The notes under the pieces were generated by a model. The model was given only the letters and a program-made list of their open reading frames with translations, was not told the origin of the DNA and made no database searches. The translations under genes and the position numbers were made by a program. A DNA stretch of 64,000 nt, taken from contig NW_021832221.1 in assembly GCF_006345805.1 (NCBI RefSeq), positions 62,001 to 126,000 of the forward strand. The letters are read 5' to 3'. Position 1 is the stretch's first letter. Each line of letters starts with the position of its first letter. The stretch comes from Octopus sinensis. Its lineage: Eukaryota. This document shows, one piece after another, positions 38,112-51,100 of the stretch.

Positions 38112-39687
38112 ATGTCATCCGACGGAGATTGGGCTGCTTATTTTTCCACAAATAAAGCAATTCAGTCACATATTTATATTTAGAATAACCAACAAGAAAA
38201 TGTGCCACCTCCCAAACAAGAACCAGAAAAATGTCTGTCCAAAAGACAGGAATCTTTACTATCAAAATTAAAACAACGAACGACTGACAACTACAAAAAA
38301 CAGCCAGTCCAAAGCAACCGAGACAGTCCTCATGTTTCTACCTTCTCTTTCGAGAACTTCCCCCTCCGTCCAGAACTAAGACGTGTCCTTGTCTCCGTGG
38401 ACTACATTCGGCCATCGACAGTCCAAGCAAAGGCTCTCCCTCGCCTCCTCTCTGACAAGTCATGTCGAGTTATCACTGCCACAGTCCTCCAAATATGATT
38501 GCCCAGTCTCAAAACGGCACAGGCAAGACTGCCACCTTCTCTTTGGCTATGCTCAATTCTGTCGACCTTCGAAAGAAGTGTGTGCAGGTTTGTCACGTGG
38601 GCTACTCCCCAGTGTCTCTGTGTGTCACCCACCTACGAACTGGCCATCCAAATCGGGCAGGTCATCGAACGGCTGGGCCAACACATGTCCGGACTGGGCG
38701 TGTTTTATGCAGTCAGGGACTCCTGTTGGTCCATTTCTGTTAATCCCAGACTTTGAAAAGGACAAATTCGTGGATGACCAAATCGTAGTGGGCACTCCAG
38801 GCAAGTTATTACACCTGTTGGACACGGCTTGTGTCCTTAATTTGGATTCTCTGAGGATATTTGTGCTGGACGAGGCAGATATTATTATAGAACAAGGCGA
38901 GTCTACCAAGGCTTTGGAAATAAAAAAGTATTGACAGTCTTTTATGTAGTTTCCTGCCCCCCACCTGTCAAGTGCTGCTTTTTTCTGCTACCTACAGTGG
39001 ACCAGTCCTGGCACTGGGGAAGCAGATAGCCCCGAATGCCGAGGTGATTCGACTGGAGAACTCCGACCTGCCGTTGGACAACATCGAGCAGTACTACCTG
39101 TTGTGCAAGACCGACGAAGACAAGAAGGAGGCGATTAGTTGCATATATCAGAACATGGGCATTGACAAGGCCATAATCTTCTGCAATGTACTCACTGTGC
39201 TGTATTGTAGACTATTGCCCAAGCAAATTTGCTGTTTGACTTTTTTGAAGGGCAGGGATACAAAGTTGTGATTATAAACTCGTCTTATGACGTTAAACGC
39301 AGAGCGGAGGAGTTACTCAAGTTTAAGAACGAGGCTCATGTGCTTATTGCCACCAATGTGGCTGCCAGGGGTTGTCCACTGTAGTGATTGGAGTAGGTTT
39401 GGACATTAGTCAAGTCAAAATTGTGATCAATTTCAGTCTGCCTGTCCGTGCGGATGGGTCGCCTGACTACGACACCTATTTGCACAGAATTGGGAGGAGT
39501 GGCAGATTTGGAGACCTCGGATTTGCTTTTACGTTTGTTTCTGATGACAAAGAACTGGAAACAATACGCAAATTGGAGTCTTACTTTGGTTGGGAATTTG
39601 CATAGCATTGTAGAGACCCCCATCAAGGAGTTAAAGTCAGGGGACTCGGAGGCGGTTGTGTCAATGACTGCCCTCGATTGGGACTAA
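38112..39687 (+). CDS. DDX19: DEAD-box mRNA export helicase DBP5/DDX19
   Basis: MIAQSQNGTGKT, PTYELA, GTPG, LDEAD, FSAT, YLHRIGRSGRFG; first intron probably GC-AG 38157-38183. Confidence 0.95.
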
Positions 39688-39865
39688 TCATTCTTTTCTC
39701 TTTTTCATATGATTTCTTTACATTTCTTTTATTCTGTCGGAAAGAGAGGAGTGTCCAGCCAAGTGCTGGTAAAAAAGATTGTTTTATTAAGTTTTGATAT
39801 TTTTAATGTTGAAATATAAAAGGGTTTGAAAAGTAATAAATGCGTTGTCAGTAGATCACATTTAG

Positions 39866-42800
39866 ATGGAATGTTCGCCTATATTAAATCATAATGCCAA
39901 CATTGCCACAATTCAGTCATGTATAAGTGGAATTAAATATTTAACCGATTCTTCCCATCAACACAATTTGGGGACATTCGAAGGTACTCAACTGCACTGA
40001 CTTGAAGCCGTCATGAACCAATACCAGGAAGATAGCGAACTCCTACACCCTCACCTCCGTGCCTTACTCTCTCATATTGCAGGGAACATGCTGGCCGAAA
40101 TCATGGAGGCACTGCTGGACCAACGAGTCCTCCATTACTCATTCGAATACATGTACTTCATCTGCAAGGTCTGTTCATACAAACTGGTGGTTCGTCTTCT
40201 CCCCCATTCGGTGACTGACCTGCTCAAAGTCCTCGACCTTCTCGAACAACAAGACCAGACTGACATGGATGTGCCATTCTGGTTATTTAGAGTAGACTTG
40301 GAAGTCTCGTTACTGTCTCCTTCTCTGGCTGTCTCTGGTCGTCAAACTTCCATTCAAATTCAGTCTTTTTGACGGGGCACTCAGCACAGCACACAGAATA
40401 GAGATTCAGGCAAAAGTAGTCCTTTTTCTAACTCAGATGTATTTGTCCTCCCACGACAAGTGTTCGGAGGCAGCCTCCACTCTGATGACCCACTATCTCA
40501 CCCGTCCTGACTGTCTTCAGTCTTTGCACGTGTTTATGGACTCTTCTCTTGAGTGGATTAAACAAGGTGGGGTATTTCTGTTATGCAGATTTGGGGGATA
40601 TGTCGTGGCATTCCCTGGCCTTGTTGAGCACTCTCAACTCGATTTTTGGTATTGGAAAACGAGAAGAATTGACAGTATTTGGTATCTGTGTGTTGTGTAT
40701 TGCTTAGCTGAACAGTTTCTCCCAGTCCTCGGCACTCTGAGCACCAACAGTGGCACAAAAATTAGAAAAATGTCCACTAAACTAGTCCAACAGGTCGGAC
40801 TGATATTTCTCGAACCACGTATCCCCAAATGGAGGTAGTGTCTCTCTGGCATACAGATATGTCCGGAATGTGCACAAATTGAGTTATCCGAATGGGGAAC
40901 AGTCAGTGGACGAGGAATACGACATCCGAGAGGAGGTGCAGGACATAATACAAATCCTTCTCAACTCCCTCAGAGATGTCCACAGGATTGTCCGTTGGTC
41001 TGCTGCCAAAGGGTATTTTGTCACTAAACGATAGAATTGGCCGAATTTGTGAGAGACTTCCTCTCGAGTTGGCCGATGAGGTCATTTCCGAAATATTTGG
41101 ACTTCTCCTTCCGAGGGAGACACACGAAACCAGACATGGGGGGTGTCTGGCATTGGCGGAGGTCAGTCGACGGGGGTTGATGATGCCTGGGAGACTGGAA
41201 AGTGCAGTCGAACATGTTTCGAAGGCATTGGTCTTTGAGGTGAGGATGGGGACATATTCGTTCGGTGGGGGAGTCCGGAATGCGGCGTGTTATGTGATCT
41301 GGTCGTTGGGTCGAATATACCACATTGATGTGCTCAGACCGTTCATTCGACCTCTCCTTGGTCGATTGAGTGTGGTCTTTTTGTTCGATCGAGATGTGGA
41401 TGTGAGAAGGGCTGCGGCTGCTGCCTTCCAGGAACTTGTGGGAAGGGAGGCTGCTTCGAGTCCTACCGACATTGACATTCTCACTACATGTGATTATTTT
41501 GCTGTGGGTGGACGTATCAGTTGCTACACCGATTTATGGTTCTTCATCACTTTATCAAAATAGTCTCTTTGTGGGACAGTTTGAGCATTATCGGAAGTAC
41601 ATGATTGACCATTTGTTCGAACTTAAGTTATGTCACTGGGATGTACACATCAGAGAATTGGCAGTCGAGTCCCTCAAACTGCTCGTCCCCTACGACTGTC
41701 CTCTCATCGTTGAGAGTACTCCCCTCACGATTATGGCAGGACTGGGGACAATAGTATTAGAACAGTGTTGGTGCACGTCCAGCAATGGCTGTATGAGGCA
41801 TGGTGCTATACTCGCCTTGGCAGAAATCACAGAGTCCATAAACGTGCACTGTGAGTCGTCCACTCAGTTTGGTGACATTTTTGGGGACAGGATGATCTCT
41901 GTTGGGCAGAACTTGTTGTCGGATGTACTGTCGTGTCCTCATAGTCCATAGCTCTCCAAACTTGGTCATCTACACAGCACATATGAGACATACACAGACA
42001 GTGCTGGTAGTTCACTGAGTCATTCATAGTCTGTGTGCTTGTCAACCGATATGCCTCACTCAAACTGTTGAAGGCTGATGGGCTACCGGAGATTTTGGTA
42101 TTCCTTCAATTGGCACTGCGAAATGAGGGACTTGAGGTTGGTGGTTGGTTTGATGTGAGAATGTGGGAGTAGGGGCGTTGAGGAGTGTGTACTGCCACTA
42201 CTATTCGAATGGGGACGGACATGAGGAAACTGTCCAGGAATACATCAATAATGTGCTCAACATTGCTTGTACTGCTCAAAGGTTGGGTGGGTTATTGATG
42301 GCAGAATGGGGGGAGTTTTGTGTTTGAGGTGTCTCTCTCTTCCTTTGATTAGTCGATGGGTTTCCTCCATCTTGGATGTGTTGATGGCTGCCACTCTCAT
42401 CACCGCGGACACTCTCTGCTGGGCAGACTGTCGAGCAGCTGCACTTACCACAATCAGAGAGTGTTCTAATTATACCATTCCTTTAGAATAGCACTTCTGG
42501 CTTGCTCTGATCTTACCACGGATATGTGGAATGGGATAATTGGTTGTGCAAGTACGTGTTTAGAGGACTACACCCAAAACGAGAAGGGGAACATTGGCAA
42601 TGTGTGAGTTCTCTCCCTTCATCGACAGGACACGAATAGCAGCAGTGGAGACATTGGGGGATATTGTTATTTACTTGATGGACATCAAAAGTGACGTGGT
42701 GACTCTCTCCATGTTGAATGACACCCTCAGACTTTTGTGTCGACAATCATGTGAACAGCATTATTGGGTGGCCATTGCTGCTGGTCGTAAAATAGTTAAG

Positions 42801-43752
42801 TTACTCACTTCTGTCCGGTTTTGTCTGTTCAGATATCATTAGTGGCTTCAATTTTGATTTTTGGAAAGAAATTGTGGACATGACTTTGGTGGACGAAAGG
42901 TAGGCCAGGATATTTTGTTGTAGTCATGAACCGGACCAACATGACATTTTCAGCTTTGGACTCAGGTTTATGAGGATTCCAAGCTATCGGATGAGCATAC
43001 TCCTGGGGGCAATTCAGTCGTTGGGGGACGGTTTGAAGAAATCTGTTATTTTATGTTTTTTACTGCTGCAGGTCAAAATACCGAGGGACAACTTTATGGA
43101 GTATTTGGAAGATTATAACCAAGACGTGGGACCTATTTTGGAAGGAATGATGGACATTGGGGACGAGCATATGAATAATGACAGGTTAGGGATGTATTCA
43201 CGTGTTAGAGTCATGTTTCCACTTTTATGGACTTGGGAATATTTATTGAATAATGACGTGCTGGATTTATTGGCTGTGGAGGATCGGTTGCTGTTTAGTT
43301 GGCATTTCTAGTTCAAAAATGAGTATTCGGATTGTCAATTTTGTCGATTCCCTTATTCATCGTCGTCCGTGCTGCAAAAAACTATCCATTCTGTCTAAAA
43401 TGTATGGACTTATTGTAATGCCAGATTGTGTGCATTTGTTGTACCGGAGGAGACACGTGTGGCTGCTCTGACTACTCTTCTTGTGCTGTTGGGACATCGT
43501 TTTGCTCCGGTGTGTTGGGAATCTTATTTGTAGGTGAGGAGTGCGACGGCCGAGTGGTTGTATGAGACACTGTTGGTGTGTGATGTGTTGGAACAGACTG
43601 CTGAGGACGTTAGAAGGTTGCTGAGTGTGACTGCCTGGTTGAACTATTGGTGGGGATATTTCAGGAGGGAAAGTAAGGAGAATGCACGGACAGTTCGAAA
43701 TCAGATTTCTGACTTGTTATGTATTCCCAGACCACGTTTAATCAATGGTTAA
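39866..43752 (+). CDS. TBCD: Tubulin-specific chaperone D
   Basis: YQEDSELLHPHL, RHGGCLALAEVSRRGL, VRNAACYVIWSLGR, LFDRDVDVRRAAAAAFQELVGR, HWDVHIRELA; many 24-30 nt introns. Confidence 0.93.
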
Positions 43753-44684
43753 CTTTATATACAAATGGACTTGTGATTAGACAGTAGGTGTATTTAAAGA
43801 GATTACTGTATTTGTCATCGTATAAGTCGATCTTCTAAAACTTGACAATTTACTACATTGTCGGCATCGATAAATTTTATCATTGAATATTGCGTCTCTT
43901 TACCAGTTGCTCAGTTACGCCAAATTTTCTTAAGGTAGCCATTTGTTAGTTTTGGGGCCAAATTAGCCGTCTTTTTCATTGATTTAAGCATATTACATAT
44001 AAAATTATTTATGTGTTCCACTGAATTTATATCTAATTTTTCAAATTATTTAAAAACTTTTAGTTATCTTTAATGTTTCTCTAGAGAGATTTCCATCTCA
44101 TTTACTTCCGTAAATTTTTGATTGATAAATTTATTTTCAATGGATAGATTTTTTTTTCTTTAGGTAGTAATACGAGGTTTTTCACTAACAGAAATATAGG
44201 GCACTTGCGCATGTTAAATCCATCCTGGTAAAAAATAGTTTAACCAAAAATATTTTCTTAGGTCGAAAGTTACAAATAGCGGCGAGAAAGAGAAGCAGCA
44301 AGGATTAGAGGTTTTACTGTACTTCATTCGTTTAGACATGGGTAAGTATGATGTTTACGTAGTTATTATCATTTTTGCTGCATGACGTTGTCTGAGTTAG
44401 GCAATGAGTCACCAGTACTTCCTCATAGCGGTCATCACCTTGCTTTCTGAGTCCGTGATTGAGGTGATAATATTTTAAATTATTGCTGAGAATACCTTTA
44501 AACGTTTTATAGTGATTCAGTTTCTTGACGGACCCGCATCCACGTAAAATGAGGATTGACCTTGGTCATCATCACATTTGAAACACTGAATACAAAATTA
44601 GATTTCACGACTCGAATGAGGTCAGCTTATACATGGGTGGGTCACTTTTTTACAGAGGCATATTTATTTCTGGTCCTAAGTAAC

Positions 44685-45967
44685 CTATTTAAATCGGAAA
44701 AATGAAATTCCATTAATTAAAATAAATGAACATGAATTTTTATAGTCTGCCGGATGGTCAAAGATTTTTTTTTTTCTTCTGCGATAGAGAGGACTTTTTA
44801 AGCAATTAATGTTAGGGATATCATGTCGAAACTTGGCTAATTTATCGTTTATGTACTCGTTGATTGCACAAATGGCATCCTTGCTAAGTTCATCGGGAGT
44901 GCTTAATTTCGTATTTGGAATTGTGGCATATTTCTACAGCAATGTCATGCAATGTTACCAAAATCCATTCACTCTGAAGGACCTGCCTGATAGTAAGTCG
45001 TTTGCGTGGATCGGTTTGCAAAAGTCCTTTGATAAGACCAATGGCTACAATAAAGAATATGTAAACTCCCACCCTCTTGGGATATTATGTTCCATACTGG
45101 CAAACTGAATGAGTAATTTCCTTCGCAAATATTCTCTTTCATTCCCGGAGAAAAAATGTATCCATTTGTACTGTAAAACGGAGGTCTCCCACAGAGCCTG
45201 CTATATTTTTTAACACATACATTATATAGATGATAACTCCCAACGACCACATGTCACACGCCTTGTTGTAGTTCCGGTTATCCTGCAGCACTTCAGGAGC
45301 TTTGTATAGTCAACTGAGCGACTCACCGACATAATAAGAAGTAAAACAGGGTGTGACTAGCGATGATTCGCAGTACTTTGCAAATCCGAAATCACATAAT
45401 TTGAGCTTCTTCATGCCGTAGTCAAATAATAAATTTTCAGGCTACAAATTAATATATTAGTCTACTTTTAAATCTCTATGAGCTATTCCTAGAGAATGGA
45501 GATGGTTAATTGACTTGCAGATGTCGTTAATGTGTTTAGCCGCATCTGCCAATATTTATTAAAGATGAACCATTTTCCGTGAGGTATCCATTCAGTCTGA
45601 TGGCGTCAAACAACTCCTTGCCTCTCATACTGCACATTACTAGCCACAGGACAAACCATTCCATGACCGCATAAAGGAGGGGACGAATGCTATATATTTT
45701 GTTCCGATAGACTGCGTATAATTTCACAACGTAAGAAAAATTTTGACAAACTTTCCAATGAATTTCGACTTCTCTTTGAGATTCGGGAGTATCTGGAAGT
45801 ATCTAAAAATCTCTAAGAAATGGTCGTACTTTAAGAGCATATTCCAACAAATTGTATTTGTTGATACATAAAAGTATGGGACCGTTAATTCCCGAACCAA
45901 GAATCTCGTTCATCACAATGTAGTCTTCTGCTATGTCGTTGGTTTTTATAATTAACTCGTTTGTCAT
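44685..45967 (-). CDS. MAPKAPK2: MAPK-activated protein kinase 2/3-like (CAMK group)
   Basis: LGSGING, REVEIHW, IAHRDLK-PEN, KLCDFGFAK, TPCFTSYYV-APE, CDMWSLGV, LCGRPPFYS...SPGMK, basic RRRKKK tail; about 8 short introns; exact stop approximate. Confidence 0.9.
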
Positions 45968-46125
45968 AATGTAGCTTTAATTGGAATTATTTAATTCAGT
46001 AAAACTCGTGTAATTTAAAAATCATTTAAAAGCTTAAAATTTGTCATACAAATAACAATAATTACTTAAATTTCTTTTTTAAAAGATATATAATGGAAAA
46101 CTCCAGCAACCCTAAAAGCATTAGG

Positions 46126-46760
46126 CAGGGGTGGCTAGCCTTTGTCACCGGCGATCTACTTTTCATTGACTTATATATTTTAATAACAAAATTTTCATTT
46201 AATAATTAAAAGTGAATGGGATTTTTGGCATTGTAATTCTCTTGCGATTATTTCAAATACTGGCTTATATGAGCTTAGTGCTATTCTCATGCAATCCGCA
46301 AGATGGTTATCCGTTAAACGGGTTCTGCATTGAGATTTGATCATTTTCATATTTGAGAATAATGTTTCGCATAAATATGTGCTTCCAAAGCATGAAAGAA
46401 TTTGTTGATGCGAATCAATAAATATTGGATATTTTTCTAGGGACATAAATCTCCACATGTCGACATTAGAATGTGATTTTAAAATGAGATCATTTTTAGA
46501 TTTATAATTTCTATTTCAACATGTCTTGGTTCAACGTCAAAAATCTTTTTAAATTTTTCTGAAACATTTTTGATGTCTTTCTCCATGAGCGGAGAAGCTA
46601 AGAAACTGCATAATATTGTAATTTTCTTGAAATCCCTAAATCTGTGTTTAAACTCATTCATTATATACAAAAATATAATAAGCAATTTATTCATCAAGGG
46701 AGATCGACCAAGAAATATGCCGCGATCGACTTGTCGGTTATCCCTTAATAAAAGAACATC
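46126..46760 (-). mobile_element. hAT 3' fragment, same family as 25930-27102
   Basis: TIR CAGGGGTGGCTAGCC at 46126; MWRFMSLEKYPI...FGSTYLCETLFS...RTRLTDNHL. Confidence 0.9.
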
Positions 46761-46789
46761 AAAAATTACGCAACCAACTACTACTAAAT

Positions 46790-47820
46790 ATAAAAAATAC
46801 AAAAATTGCTAATGTACAAAGAAACCAAAAAGCAGCTCCAAAACATAGTAAAGCAAAAAGATGAAACAAAAATGTTCATAGCTATAAAACTGTTAAACAA
46901 AAAAAGGAAAACACGATCACAGTCTGGGACATACCATGGGATGTGCCGTCGTTGACAACAAAAGCAAATTATAGGTTTATCTAAATTTTACTACAAAATG
47001 CTTAACTGGAAAAATGAATCAGGATAATAAAGTACTGTAGGAGCATTACGTCTGGCAATAAAGACCTGTGAAGTATTGGAGGCAATCATGAACTGAAAAG
47101 CGGCAGCTTCAGAGGACTAGATAATACTCCATCTGAACTAGTAAAGTACACGCCAATGAAATTTGCTGAAACCATTGCAGACATCCTGAAAAAAGCATTT
47201 GAGCAGAACAGTTCATTAGACCTCTGCAAAGGATAGTCAATTCTACTGCAGGAACCAGGGAAACAAAAAGGATCCCTACCCAATTTAAGACCCATTATTC
47301 TAGTAACGACGCTTTGGAAAGTCCTGTCGCTGATTGCATTAGAAAGAATAAGAACTAATGTGGAAAATTTTCTGTCACCTGGGAAAATTGGGTTCAGAAC
47401 TGGCAGGTTCACAGCTGATGTTATCTGGATACACAAATAAAACGCTGCCTTATGTCAAAATACAAACGGTGCAATGAGATACTCGGAATTGATATGTCCA
47501 GATTTAATTCAGTTCACAGAATTAAACTTGTGGAAATACTTACAACGTTCTTAAATCATGACAATATCAGAATCATTTTAAAGCTTTCTCAAGACACTCA
47601 ATTAGCAACTAAACTATGCAAAACTGTGTCAAAATATTTCTACACATCACAGGGCATACTACAGGATGACTCGTTGTCCCCAGTTTTGTTTATCGTCTGC
47701 CTAGAGGCAGCCCTTGTAGATTTCAGACCTCGAAACCAATACATGTTGATGATTTCGACTTTGTTTCTGACGACGAAGAAACGCTTCAGCATATTATTGT
47801 CACAAAGAAAACTTAATTAG
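46790..47820 (+). mobile_element. RTE-like fragment related to the 29933 element
   Basis: LRPIILVTTLWK, IGFRTGRFTADV, GIDMSRFN, GILQDDSLSPVLF. Confidence 0.8.
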
Positions 47821-48137
47821 CTTATGATTTTCCGTCAGTACAAAATAATAATGGCAAATGGAAAATCTTAACAGAAATTAAAAACCAATAGCTCTATTTG
47901 GATGGATTACGACATCAATTGTCAGAGAATACGAGTGTCAAACTAGAATTAAATTTTATTTCATCTTGAACAGGAAAGAGGTAAAAGCAGACTGATTTTT
48001 GAATTGCAAACTTTTTTACTGTCGAGTGGCAATTCTATTTAATAAACTGTTCATTTCCAAGTACATTAGATCAAATTAAATCATAACCAAACAAAGATAT
48101 AGCAATAAATCAAATATAAAATCACAGAATTGACAAA

Positions 48138-51100
48138 TCATTTCCACGATGTATATGGAAAGGGAGGATTACTCGAACGAGAAGAAACAGGTCCACTGGG
48201 ATTGGTAGAAGTGGTTGGAACAGGTGAACGAATCTGATTGGAAGGGAACTCACATTCCAATGTAGAGCGAGGGAGTCTAACAGAGCCCCCAGTGTTACCA
48301 AAACGCAGTTTAATCGGTTTGGTTGAGGAGGAAATGATTGACGGAGTGGTGGCTGGTATTTGGGGACCACGACTGGTGACAATGTTGGGTCTCCGTGGCA
48401 TGGAAACTAATGGGACTCCACTTCGAGAGGACAAATTAATCCCAGTCGTCCTGACTTGCTCTACAGTCCCAGTATTATATCCACGTGGATTCTGGGGAGA
48501 GGAATAGGAGAAGGTGGGATTGATCTTTCGACTGTGATCATCGACATATGGGGAATCTAGGACAATTACCAACAAGTGCTAACTGGAATGTCTGATAGGG
48601 GAAATGGAAACATTGTCCTGATGGGTGAAATGTCTGGGTTGGTAGAAACCCGTCGTCATTAGTCGCGGATTTCTCTGTTGATACCCCGGTCTCCCCGGAG
48701 TGGTAAAATGACCGCGATGATGTGGAGGGTAGTTCGACGAGACGGAGTATCCCGAAAATCGGGGGTTCTAAAAATGAAAAAAAGACATACATGACGAATG
48801 GGGGGAGTGTGGGAGGAGAAATGTCTTGGAACATTCTTTGTGGGAAGTTGTCGTTGATTGGAGTCCTGGTAAAACTGTGAAAGGGAAGCAGGGTCGATTA
48901 AGGAAGGATTCTTGAGAACAGAACGGGGATTCTAATACAATCACAATTATGCCCAGACCGGTGGTTTAGAACGAATTTGGTCCCCTTGGTCGACAGAACG
49001 GACAGGATAGGGTATAGCCCTCTGCTAATGTGAGAATATAAAACAAACCCTGAGTCGGTAGTTGATGGGGAGTACTTGTGCGGGGGCATTCACCCGTCGC
49101 TGGTGTTTGGAACCAACAACTCGAACAAAGCAGTGGAGTTGAATGGCCAACAGACTGCGCAGAATATTCCATTTCGATAATATTCCAGCTATTTGTGAGC
49201 CAATCGACACAACCCACACTCGTCCCAAACACAGTGGAACACCTCGTTCTCCCCTTCGCTGACTGACACTTTATTATGGACGTCGGCAGAGAACTATACC
49301 GACGGGAAATCCTCCGGCAAAACGGAAGAGAATCGTGGAAACAGCAAGACAAGTTCGCGAACTACCAAATGAGACCACAAAAGGACACCGAACACACCGT
49401 CCTCCAAACAACATTCTCCCCCGTCTTCTTTACTCGGACATGTGTTTGATATAATTTCTAAAATAAGCAGGCTAACAGAACGGTTATCAATTTGTCGACG
49501 GCTGAATGGTAGGACTGTGTTGGATTCTCCAATTCTGGACAGTGACGGGAATATTTTTTCGAATACAAAAATAGACACACAGGGAGACTGCCAGCCAATA
49601 ATCTGTTCCAACTGTGTGCATCCACGATTAAACTGGGCAGAATCCTCTCAACTGACTCTTGAAGGGCACTTCCGTCGTCCCTGACATACAACTCGTCTGT
49701 CCGAATTTGTTTATTCGTTTTGGGAAACTACGCAAATATGAGAACAGGGAGGACAATAAATCGGCCTTTCACTGCCTTCCGAGTATTCAACTCAGTCAAA
49801 TACTTGCCCTCTTCACGGGGACCAATCGTCGAATAAAACCGCCCGGAGATCAGCCTGGCGGACAGGACACAGCCCGAGCGCATAGTCACACTCTTCGAAC
49901 TGAGAATCCAATTGGACGCGACAGATTGACAAACAAACACGGGTTTTACCAGGACATGTCGGTAAGTCTGGGAATGTACTAGAACTATAAAACCTGGAGA
50001 ATAGACCATTCTTCGTCAATCAACCAATCCTGCTTAGCATCCACCGACTGGGACAATTGTTTCTCAACACGGCGCTTTGGTTCGGGTTTGGAAACAGTCT
50101 GACAATTGCCAACAAACAGTGTCGGCCAAGTCTGATCCTTTTCCATATAACCCAGTTTGTTTCGACGTGCATACGAGTCTACACTCCATTGACAAGAATT
50201 ACCATTTCTGTATATTTGCTCAGTGTGTTCTACTTCGACGGGGACTATCGAATCAGGGACTATTGGCGGAGATAGATTTCTGGCACTTCCTGTCCATAAA
50301 TATAATCCTCGGGGTCCTCCTACAATACGACATTTAGGAGCACCGTGTTTTCAAAAAAGAACTAAACAGATAAGCACAAATAAATTAAATATAATGGGAC
50401 AACTAGGGCAACCACGGATGGTGCCAGGATTGCAGTCTGCAGCGACCAAATTGCGCCTGCCGGCCACCCAAGACACGCAACCAAACACCATCCAAGCTGA
50501 CCAGCAGGCGCAATCAACCAGTCGCACAAACAGACTTTATTGGAACATAAATTAATAAAAACAGGACACTGTGATGGCAGCGACAGACTAGGACTTGTGT
50601 GAACGGAGACACATTTTAATCATTCCATCATCGGAAGGTTCGACAGTGGAAGTGGACAGTCTTATGGCCTTGTCTGGCACACGTCGAGTGGACGAAGTGA
50701 CACGAATACGTAGTTTGTCGTCAGGAGGACTGAGCAATATCTCATTCAGTGTGGAGAAAGCACTGTTCCCATTGGAGAGGAGGACAGAATAATATCGGGA
50801 GGGCACAAATTCAGTATTGAGTGGACACAACAGAGACTCGACTAATTGAATGTCCTCCTTCAAGTGAGGCACATTTAGTCTCTCAACACTCTCAATCAGA
50901 CAATCCACTGACGACCAGTCGATAATCATTTTCTGTGGGTACAATCGAGGACGACCACGTCCTGATTTCACACGGACTTGTGGAGCTCGGTATGGACCAG
51001 GCCTACGACCACGACGCCTAGGCTGACTGTCGCTGCCATCACAGGAGGACACAGAGGGGGACACAGAACGTCTAGTTCTTTTCAGTACCTGTTCGGCAAA

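Noticed and set aside
44290-44640. Possible small gene between TBCD and MAPKAPK2 (open minus-strand frame ILRGCG...THV; G|GTAAGT site on plus strand)
   Set aside because: No consistent start, exon chain or recognisable domain could be built.
50448-50470. Resemblance of AATTGCGCCTGCCGGCC to miR-92
   Set aside because: Seed mismatch, wrong arm and the less stable strand; probably coincidence.
50393-50555. 53-aa plus-strand ORF nested in the domino intron
   Set aside because: No recognisable domain; its GC richness is explained by the hairpin, whose G-U pairs favour the minus strand.
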